The notes under the pieces are model-generated. The model searched no databases. It was given only the letters and a program-made list of their open reading frames with translations, and was not told the DNA's origin. This document shows positions 19,591 through 27,639 of a stretch of DNA of 64,000 nt, one piece after another. Position 1 is the first letter of the stretch; each line of letters begins with the position of its first letter. Where the stretch lies: NCBI GenBank assembly GCA_043745805.1, contig JAYTSD010000037.1:43033-107032 (forward strand), given 5' to 3'. Position numbers and translations under genes: made by a program. Source of the stretch: Fibrobacteria bacterium. Its GTDB lineage: Bacteria; Fibrobacterota; Fibrobacteria; UBA11236.

Positions 19591-20940
19591 ATGTCAAAAG
19601 CCAAATTGTTGCGATTAGTCGCACTTGGTTTGCTAATAGCGTGTCCCAAAATGATTTTTTCATCAGGCATTGAGCGCGATCCATTAAAAGCCACGGCAAT
19701 TTTTGATAATGGCCAATTCGACGCGGAAGGATTTCAACAACGGGATATTCAGGGGATTCAAAGAACAATTGTAAGCATGTTCCAATCGGTTACCATTGAA
19801 GAAAGATTGCGGTTAACAGTCGGGATTGGTGGCTTATTCTATTATCCTTGGCCTACAGAAAATATCCCTCACAAAAGAACCAGAAAATTTGCGACCGGAA
19901 TTCGTGAAGCCGATGCTGTTGAACTATTAGGAGACATTTCTGACCCTTGGGGTAAACTTCAATTTGGCGCTTTTCCTTTCAAATACAATCCTGATGCCGC
20001 AAATTTGGGAGAGTATATGTATCGGTCGGGAGCTTATCCCAATTATATACAAACCGGCGGCGGTACTATTACCGATGGTGGTGGGAGTATAATCAATTCC
20101 GCGCAAGTGCTAAATCAAGGCATAAATTTTGAGGTGAATACTTTTTCAATTAAGCATAATTTTTTGTTCACACTTGAGAGTTCGATCGAGCCAATTCACG
20201 ATATAACAGCGGCTTATTTTTTCTCTTTTAAATTCCGCAATATTTTCGAAATCGGGGGCGGGAGTTTATGGGGACATCTTATATCAAGTCGATCTTCTTA
20301 TACTACACCGACAGGTCCAACAGTTATTGATCCTGGACGGAAACCATTAAATCGATATCAAGGCGATAGTGTGGTTTTTAGCGATACGGTGAAAAATTAC
20401 TCCAACTATACTTTTAAAAACACAAAATTAATGGGTCGAGTTGCATTAAATCTTCGTGGAATATTTGATTCCGAATTAATGGGTGCGGATGAAGGCAAAA
20501 TATATGGAGAAGTTGCAGTATTAGGAATAAAGAATTATCCATTTTATTACACCAATGTATTTAGTCGTACACCATTTATGTTTGGGTTCAATCTCCCCAC
20601 TTTCAAATTGCTGGATAGATTGGCTATAGAGGGCGAATATCATCACTTGCAATTTGCAGATGATTTTGAAGAAGCTTATTCAAACGGTTTGCCGTTACCC
20701 CCATTGCCGCAGGGTGTATATGCTGAGGCCGTAGCCGCTCATAAAGACCCTTCTGAAAACCAAAGATGGAAATGGTCTATTTATGCTAAAAAAACCATTA
20801 TGCCGGGTTTTGTTACCTATTTGCAAGTTGCCAGCGATCATATGCGCGGAATCAATTATGACAAGGCGCCGCAACCTGATTTAATTACCAAACAACCCAG
20901 CGATTGGTATTTCCTTTTCCGTATTGAGCTTGGCATTTAA
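19591..20940 (+). CDS. Putative outer-membrane beta-barrel protein, paralog 1
   Basis: Signal-like N-terminus; motifs shared with 20952 and 24759 ORFs; C-terminus WYFLFRIELGI. Confidence 0.7.
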   Translation: MSKAKLLRLVALGLLIACPKMIFSSGIERDPLKATAIFDNGQFDAEGFQQRDIQGIQRTIVSMFQSVTIEERLRLTVGIGGLFYYPWPTENIPHKRTRKFATGIREADAVELLGDISDPWGKLQFGAFPFKYNPDAANLGEYMYRSGAYPNYIQTGGGTITDGGGSIINSAQVLNQGINFEVNTFSIKHNFLFTLESSIEPIHDITAAYFFSFKFRNIFEIGGGSLWGHLISSRSSYTTPTGPTVIDPGRKPLNRYQGDSVVFSDTVKNYSNYTFKNTKLMGRVALNLRGIFDSELMGADEGKIYGEVAVLGIKNYPFYYTNVFSRTPFMFGFNLPTFKLLDRLAIEGEYHHLQFADDFEEAYSNGLPLPPLPQGVYAEAVAAHKDPSENQRWKWSIYAKKTIMPGFVTYLQVASDHMRGINYDKAPQPDLITKQPSDWYFLFRIELGI

Positions 20941-20951
20941 TCCAAAATAGG

Positions 20952-22301
20952 ATGGATATGAAAATGATAAACAATAAATTAGTGAGTGCTTTTGGAATTG
21001 GCTGCATATTAGCCTTTGCCGCACAGGCCGAAGTAAAAGTTGATCGGGCTCCTTTACAAATCGCCACAAATATTGAATTGGGACAAATTGAAAATGGATA
21101 TAATGGATTAAAAGCATACACTTATCATGGTCAGGTGATACAAAGATTTGGTGTATCGCTAAATCAAGTTGCGACTATTAATGATCGATTTACTGTTAAA
21201 GTTGGGGTCGGCGGCATGTTTTTTTATGTCTCGCCAGAAGAAAAAAGTTTAAGTTCTTCACGAACAACTCAATTTGGGCCGGGTGTTGGCCAGGCGCAAG
21301 GGATTTACAAATTGGGTGAGTTAGATAGACCTTGGACTTTCCAATTTGGACTTTTCCCCTACAAATACAATTCGGATGCCAAAAATTTAGGCGAGTATTT
21401 GTTACGCTCAGGAACCTATCCAGGTTATTTAATTACCGGTGGTTGGAATATTATCAATAGCGCAAGCTATGTCGCCTCGGGGTTAAGAATCAATAAATCA
21501 CTTTGGGATGGAAAAATTGAATTCGATGGAAACTTTTTTCTGGAAAGAGATCTTGAACCCTTATATGATCTCAGTCCCAGTTTTTTGATAAACTTTAAAC
21601 CCGCACCATTTTTCGAGTTTGGCGCAGGGGTTAAGTTTTCTCATTTTATTCCAGCTCATTATGCTAAGGATACTCCTTCGGATTTGGATAATCAAATTAG
21701 AAATGGACGGCTATTGAATGGTCAAACTGATTCCGTAATAGCACTCGAAGATAGCCTAAAATTACCCATTTCCTATTACACCTTTGCGGGAACAAATTTA
21801 GATGGACATGTGTCTCTTAATTTCGGTTCACTATTCGAAAACGAATTAATTGGAAAAAATGATTTGAAATTATATGCGGAAGTAGCGCTTCTTGGCGTGG
21901 AAAATTACCCTTATTTTTACGAAAAAAGAATAGCCCGTATGCCCATAATGGCAGGCTTAAATTTACCCACTTTTAAGACTCTCGATTTATTATCGATTGA
22001 AATGGAATACAGACGATGGGATTTCGCAAATGATATTTTTCAAGCTTATGATTCTGCTCTTCCTATTTGGCTATCAGGGGATGAAGCTAAAAAATGGAAT
22101 AAAAACGGTATAAAAAGCAGAAATTATAAATGGAGCATTTACGCAAAGAAAAAAATCACCGATGGAATATCTCTCTTTGCACAGGCTGCGAGTGATCATA
22201 TGCGAACCTTACGGCAAGGTGATTTTACTCCTGAAAGAGATGAAATCACTCGCACACCAAGTCAATGGTATTATTTGTTGCGCTTGGAAATGGGAATTTA
22301 A
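20952..22301 (+). CDS. Putative outer-membrane beta-barrel protein, paralog 2
   Basis: Signal peptide (AQA|E); 'FPYKYNSDAKNLGEYLLRSGTYPGY'; C-terminus WYYLLRLEMGI. Confidence 0.7.
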   Translation: MDMKMINNKLVSAFGIGCILAFAAQAEVKVDRAPLQIATNIELGQIENGYNGLKAYTYHGQVIQRFGVSLNQVATINDRFTVKVGVGGMFFYVSPEEKSLSSSRTTQFGPGVGQAQGIYKLGELDRPWTFQFGLFPYKYNSDAKNLGEYLLRSGTYPGYLITGGWNIINSASYVASGLRINKSLWDGKIEFDGNFFLERDLEPLYDLSPSFLINFKPAPFFEFGAGVKFSHFIPAHYAKDTPSDLDNQIRNGRLLNGQTDSVIALEDSLKLPISYYTFAGTNLDGHVSLNFGSLFENELIGKNDLKLYAEVALLGVENYPYFYEKRIARMPIMAGLNLPTFKTLDLLSIEMEYRRWDFANDIFQAYDSALPIWLSGDEAKKWNKNGIKSRNYKWSIYAKKKITDGISLFAQAASDHMRTLRQGDFTPERDEITRTPSQWYYLLRLEMGI

Positions 22302-22356
22302 AAATGAATTTAAGAAGAACATTGTTCAAAAAAATATTTTGTAAAATGGGAGAGTT

Positions 22357-22983
22357 ATGAAAAAGGTTTGGATATTTTCGTTTTTATTTTTTGCCTATGC
22401 AAACTCCTTTGGAGGAGTAGCAAGCAATTTCGGTTTCGGTTTGAATTATTCCGGAACAAACTTTAAGGATAATGATTCAGTTGGTAAGCATTCAGAGCCT
22501 TGTTTATCGGGCCAAATGGGGTACGATTATATTATCGGAGAATCTTTTTCTTTGGGTATCGCCTTAGGGTTAGAAACAAGTGGGGAAAATAGAAACTCGA
22601 TATCAAGAGCGGGTAAATCCGATGCGAACCCCATTCCTGCAACTATTCGCTTAGGGTATTTGCGGCTTCCAATTTATGCCAAGTATATGCTTAACTTCGA
22701 TAAAATTGGTATTCAAGGGGTCGGTGGTTTCGTGGTTTCGAAAAATGTGAATGCTGATTTTACATCACCTGATACTTCATTCAAGAAAAACACGCTTATT
22801 GTAAATAAATATGATTATGGTTTAGAAGGTGGTTTCGTTTTCCACTTATTTTTCAATAAGTCCGATTCTTTTTACTTAAACCCTCTCTATTATTATGGAT
22901 TAACTAAAGTGATGAAGGATGAGGGTCAGTCGGCACTGAGAAATTTCAAAATACATATTGGGTTTTCTAAACTAATATTATAG
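22357..22983 (+). CDS. Small outer-membrane beta-barrel (porin family / OMP_b-brl_2-like)
   Basis: Signal peptide; 'GFGLNYS', 'LGYLRLPIYAKY', 'DYGLEGG', 'YYYGLT'. Confidence 0.75.
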   Translation: MKKVWIFSFLFFAYANSFGGVASNFGFGLNYSGTNFKDNDSVGKHSEPCLSGQMGYDYIIGESFSLGIALGLETSGENRNSISRAGKSDANPIPATIRLGYLRLPIYAKYMLNFDKIGIQGVGGFVVSKNVNADFTSPDTSFKKNTLIVNKYDYGLEGGFVFHLFFNKSDSFYLNPLYYYGLTKVMKDEGQSALRNFKIHIGFSKLIL

Positions 22984-23285
22984 CTAATAAATTTATTAGT
23001 CGTGATTGTTGGTTGAAATAGATGAAACTCTCTAAAAATAGTTAGAACATTGCATTTATTTTGAGTTTACGGCTGTTTTTTTAGAATCTAAAATATCGAT
23101 ACTTATTACTCTCCTGATACTATGATTTTTCCTTTAAAAGTAAAAATCATAGTTTTGACGCTAAATTTCCCTTAAAATTGTATTAAAAAGGCGAGATTTA
23201 TATTAAAAATAAAAAATTAGAACGCGAGAAAATAGATACGACGGTATATATGAATATTGAAATTCAATTTTTTTGGGGATTAATT

Positions 23286-24356
23286 ATGATTTTAAAACGT
23301 CTGATCACTGGGGCCATATTTGGGTGCCTTTCTTTAAGCACCGTAGCACATTCTGCTTTAAACAATGTTTTGATTTACGCTTATGCGGCAGGTTTTCCGC
23401 ATAATCAAGGGATTCCTGATGCTGATTCATTAATCGTTAAGCAAGGTAAACTTTATAATTATACGGTGACCGTAACTACTGACGTCAATTATATGACTTA
23501 TACGAACATGAAGAAGTACGATCTTATTATTTTCAATAATACTACTGGAGCAGTACTCCCTAGCGCAACCAATCAAGCAGATTTTATAAAATATATGAAT
23601 GAAGGCGGTGGCTATTTAGGTTTCCATGGCGCTATGGATCATAAGGATTATTGGCAATGGTATACCGACCAAGGCGTTAGTTTCAACGGCCATACGGGCG
23701 CTGATGCAATGGTAAAGCTCGACACAAATAAGGCTGTAAATAAGCCTGAATATGAAGACATAGTAAAAATATTTCCCAAGATACCTTGGATGTGGAGAGA
23801 AGAATGGTATTCTTTCAAACAAAATCCACGAAGAAATTCCGATATTATTTTAACCGTTGACGAAAAAACTTTTGTAAATGCACCAATAGACCCAAAACAA
23901 GTAATGGTCGATCATCCTGTAGCTTGGGCGCATAGGTTACCCGCTTTACCTGGGTCTAAAAAACAAGGCCATTATTTTTATACAGCTATTGGTCATGGCG
24001 GCTATGGTAAATGTTTCAAAACTGAAATATATGTCAATGAATTCGTATATCAAGCCATGCGTTGGGCTGCTGGAGAAAAAGATTCCATAGGCCCAGTTAG
24101 AATTAACCCTTCAAGGTTTTTGAATACATATAAAACGGATGCCATTTCTGCTGTTCCAGGGCAATTGGACGTAGCCGTTTCGGATTTGGGAATCCATAAA
24201 GTCGATGTTATAAATATGCAGGGACAGCGCGTTAATGGCGCACAAGGTAACGGTCCAAGTACCCATATTTTTACGAATTTAAATCATGAATCGGTTTATC
24301 TCGTACGAATTTACACTACTAAAAAGACTACTACGAAAAGAATTTTTATACAGTAA
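23286..24356 (+). CDS. Secreted ThuA-domain protein with T9SS-like C-terminal domain, paralog 1
   Basis: 'GFPH', 'GGGYLGFHGA', 'EEWYSF..NPR', 'DHPVAW', 'YTAIGH', 'MRWAAG'; signal peptide; C-terminal 'INMQGQRV...YLVRI'. Confidence 0.85.
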   Translation: MILKRLITGAIFGCLSLSTVAHSALNNVLIYAYAAGFPHNQGIPDADSLIVKQGKLYNYTVTVTTDVNYMTYTNMKKYDLIIFNNTTGAVLPSATNQADFIKYMNEGGGYLGFHGAMDHKDYWQWYTDQGVSFNGHTGADAMVKLDTNKAVNKPEYEDIVKIFPKIPWMWREEWYSFKQNPRRNSDIILTVDEKTFVNAPIDPKQVMVDHPVAWAHRLPALPGSKKQGHYFYTAIGHGGYGKCFKTEIYVNEFVYQAMRWAAGEKDSIGPVRINPSRFLNTYKTDAISAVPGQLDVAVSDLGIHKVDVINMQGQRVNGAQGNGPSTHIFTNLNHESVYLVRIYTTKKTTTKRIFIQ

Positions 24357-24369
24357 GCCTTTCATCTTT

Positions 24370-24404
24370 AAAACCATGAGCTTAATGATTTGCCCATGGT
24401 TTTT
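24370..24404 (+). terminator. Rho-independent terminator
   Basis: AAAACCATG...CATGGTTTTT hairpin just after the ThuA-1 stop. Confidence 0.65.
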
Positions 24405-24758
24405 ATATTTTAAGCATTTTTTTATCCATTAAAAATCAGCTCTGATAATCTAATGCAAGGTGGTTTCGTCGAGTATGGTATGCCCCTAGGAGCAGATAAA
24501 TTTCTAAGCCTCGATCAATTAAGATTTTAAACGGCTACAGCAAAATTTTTAACTGTCTAAGAAAAACCAGAATAAAACGCAAATAGGCTTGACGTTGGTT
24601 TTTTTGAAGCTAGATTATTGCCACAAAGATCTAAGAGAGAACTAAACTCAATATTCCCACTTAGTTTTTTTAAAAAATTGCAGAAGCAGTGACTAATTTT
24701 ACTGTTGAATTAGCAAGCAAGAACCAATTTTAAAAACCACCCCTAACTAGGAGTCTAA

Positions 24759-26165
24759 ATGTTAAAGAATTCTCTTATTTCTTATGGACTAATATTATCA
24801 TTAGTCTGTGGCATTACTTTATCGCATGCTGATGAAGATACCATTAAACCTAAGCCTATGAAAATGTCCGCATCCGTGGACGCTGGACAAATAGTTAAGG
24901 GTTATGATGTTGAAACCTCTAAGGAGTATAAATTTCAAACCATTCAAAAAACCAATTTTTGGATTAGTCAAGAAGCAGTGATTAACGATCATGCAGAAGT
25001 AAAAATGGGCGTGTTTGGTACACTGTTTTATGTTCTTCCTGAGGTACAAGGTGCATCACATACTCGTTTGCCAAAATTTGTAATGTTTCCATCCAATGCT
25101 TCTCTCGCCTATCACTTTGGTGAACCCACTAATCCAATTTTAGATTTGCAGGTTGGACTTTTTCCTTTGAAGTATAATCCCGAAGCTTCGAATTTAGGGG
25201 AATACTTACTTCGCTCGGGAACTTATCCTGGATACTTAGTAACAGGTGGCTTTAATCAAGTCAATAGCGCCGGCTACCTTGTACAAGGCATGGGTCTTAC
25301 CTTAAATCTGTGGGATGGAAAATTCAAAAATAATTTTTTATTGCCCATGGAAAGAAATTTTGCGCCAATGCATAGCATTTCTCCTACTTGGATCACTACA
25401 CTTAAATCTTCTCCTGCTTTTGAATTTGGGGCAGGTGTTTCTTGCAATCATTGCATCTCGGTAAAACCAAGCAATGAAAAAAATGGAATATACGAAAATG
25501 TTTCGCCTGACTATATGAAATGGCCTGGATCTATAATTACAGAAGTTCATATTCAAGATACAGCTAATAAAGCGGATACAGTTCCGACTTTTGTTCACCG
25601 CGACACTACGAAGTTTTACACTTTCCAAGGCATTAAATTAATGGGTAGATTTACTTTTGATCCAAAGGCATATATTCAATCCGATCTATTTAATGCACCC
25701 GACTTGAAAATTTTTGCAGAAATAGCTGTTTTGGGTGTAAAGAATTATCCTTACTATTTCCCGGACATCAAAAGAAGAATGCCTATTATGTTTGGTATGA
25801 ATTTGCCTACGTTTAAGGCTTTAGATCTTTTATCGGTTCAAGGCGAATATTATAATTCTCTTTTCCCAAATGACATTAGTGGTTTGTTCGAATTTCAACG
25901 ACCATATTGGACAATTCCAAATAATAATCCTGCTACAGACGGACCTGGCACTAAAGTCTGGGATGATTATGTTGCTAAATTTTCTAAGTGGAAATGGTCG
26001 GTGTTAGCGAAAAAAGATCTTTCCAAAGCGAGTCGAGTATGGCTTCAAGTCGCGAATGATCATTTTCGCACCTCTGACTACAATATCAAGCCATCAACAA
26101 CCGCAGTTACCAAGGGAAAAAGTGATTGGTACTATTTGTTTCGCTTAGAAATGGGTATTTTTTAA
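24759..26165 (+). CDS. Putative outer-membrane beta-barrel protein, paralog 3
   Basis: AGGAG RBS; signal peptide (SHA|D); shared family motifs; C-terminus WYYLFRLEMGIF with terminal Phe. Confidence 0.72.
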   Translation: MLKNSLISYGLILSLVCGITLSHADEDTIKPKPMKMSASVDAGQIVKGYDVETSKEYKFQTIQKTNFWISQEAVINDHAEVKMGVFGTLFYVLPEVQGASHTRLPKFVMFPSNASLAYHFGEPTNPILDLQVGLFPLKYNPEASNLGEYLLRSGTYPGYLVTGGFNQVNSAGYLVQGMGLTLNLWDGKFKNNFLLPMERNFAPMHSISPTWITTLKSSPAFEFGAGVSCNHCISVKPSNEKNGIYENVSPDYMKWPGSIITEVHIQDTANKADTVPTFVHRDTTKFYTFQGIKLMGRFTFDPKAYIQSDLFNAPDLKIFAEIAVLGVKNYPYYFPDIKRRMPIMFGMNLPTFKALDLLSVQGEYYNSLFPNDISGLFEFQRPYWTIPNNNPATDGPGTKVWDDYVAKFSKWKWSVLAKKDLSKASRVWLQVANDHFRTSDYNIKPSTTAVTKGKSDWYYLFRLEMGIF

Positions 26166-26201
26166 GCTCAATTAACGCTAAAAATAACGTTGTTTATTAT
26201 T

Positions 26202-26227
26202 AAAAGGAGGGATAACCCTCCTTTTTT
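26202..26227. terminator. Rho-independent terminator
   Basis: AAAAGGAGGG-ATAA-CCCTCCTTTTTT. Confidence 0.85.
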
Positions 26228-26487
26228 ATTTTGGTAAAATCAATAATTAATTTGCTTAAAAGACATGATATTAAGACGTCAAAGTTATAGCGATACTTCT
26301 AGTTACAGTTACATTTCTAATGTGTACTTAATGGTTCGGTCATTTAAGCTTAACCTAAATAAAATCAACACTTTCGAAGTAATTATTGTTTTAAAAACGT
26401 TCAGCTAAATTAAAAGGCTAGCCGTATATTAAATAAAAAATTGGATGTTCGTGGGAGCAGCCATCACTTTTAGCATATGAGGGATAA

Positions 26488-27564
26488 ATGAAAAATAAGT
26501 TTACCGAAACTTTATCTAGCAAAAAAATAGGACTTGCTCTGTCCTTAATTCTTTTAGGAGCATCTTTGGTAATGTCGCAAACCGCACCTAAATATAAAAT
26601 ATTGGATTTTAATGGAGTAGGTGGATTTCCTCATGATAGTCGTCCAGCAGCAAGTACTTTGCTCGATTCCTTAGGTAAAGCATTGAATATTCAAGTAGAT
26701 CATTCCGCCCTAGCCTCTGTATTTACCGATGCCAACCTGGCGCAATATAAGGTGCTGATTATCAACAATTCCACGGAATTAGGTAAAATCGCCACTACCG
26801 TTGAACAAAAAGCAGCCATCATAAAATTTATGAAATCCAATGGCTATTTAGGTTTTCATGGCGCAGGCGATACCAAGGTTTCCTTTCCTGAATACACAAC
26901 TTATTTAGGTGGTGAATTAAGCACGCATGGTGGTGGCAACGCTACATTAAATTTGGATACTTCCAATTATGCCAAAAATATCAGCTTCATTAATAAAGGA
27001 TTATTGCCTCAATATATACTTGGTGGTGAATGGTATGCCTATAAAACAAATCCTCGTTTAGCTCCAGGGATTCAAATTTTATATGGCATGGATGAAAGCA
27101 GCTGCTCAGGTTGTGTAAAAATGGCCACTCCTGATCATCCCATAGCATGGGTGCATATCGAACCCGTAACAGGTGGCCGTGCTTTTTATATGGCTATGGG
27201 GCATGAAAAGTCGGTATTTACTAATTACAAATGGATTAAGCAAATGGTGTCGAATGCACTTAAATGGGCTGCTCGTGAACCTGGAACCGAGGAAGTTGTT
27301 GGACCAGTTTCCGTACGTCAAACTGTTTTGCCAGGCAATAATAACTTCTTGGTTAAATCACAAAACGCTGCTTTAACTGTGGAGACCACGGAAAAAGGTG
27401 CTCATACATTTGAACTATTAACCTTGGATGGTAAGCGCGTGGGTTCACATAAAGGTGTAAATAGCGAAAGTTATACTTTCACCAATCTTCGCTCCAGTAC
27501 AGTATACTCTGTGGTTTCTTATACCAAAAAAGGCAAAGAATCTCACTTAGTTACAGTGCAATAA
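26488..27564 (+). CDS. Secreted ThuA-domain protein with T9SS-like C-terminal domain, paralog 2
   Basis: 'GFPH', 'GYLGFHGA', 'EWYAYKTNPR', 'DHPIAW', 'YMAMGH', 'LKWAA'; C-terminal 'LTLDGKRV...YSVV'. Confidence 0.85.
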   Translation: MKNKFTETLSSKKIGLALSLILLGASLVMSQTAPKYKILDFNGVGGFPHDSRPAASTLLDSLGKALNIQVDHSALASVFTDANLAQYKVLIINNSTELGKIATTVEQKAAIIKFMKSNGYLGFHGAGDTKVSFPEYTTYLGGELSTHGGGNATLNLDTSNYAKNISFINKGLLPQYILGGEWYAYKTNPRLAPGIQILYGMDESSCSGCVKMATPDHPIAWVHIEPVTGGRAFYMAMGHEKSVFTNYKWIKQMVSNALKWAAREPGTEEVVGPVSVRQTVLPGNNNFLVKSQNAALTVETTEKGAHTFELLTLDGKRVGSHKGVNSESYTFTNLRSSTVYSVVSYTKKGKESHLVTVQ

Positions 27565-27583
27565 GAAATTTTTTAAAATCGAC

Positions 27584-27620
27584 AAAAAAAGATGCGGGTC
27601 AAATGGCCCGCATCTTTTTT
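27584..27620. terminator. Rho-independent terminator
   Basis: AAAAAAAGATGCGGGTC-AAAT-GGCCCGCATCTTTTTT. Confidence 0.88.
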
Positions 27621-27639
27621 ATTATATAAGAAAAATAAT

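Noticed and set aside
27592-27639. Longer N-termini in the ORF track (also htpX, GH81, vapB, umuD, CysQ-like, corA, 52561)
   Set aside because: The extensions run through terminators, operators or promoter DNA; downstream ATGs fit RBS or family starts better
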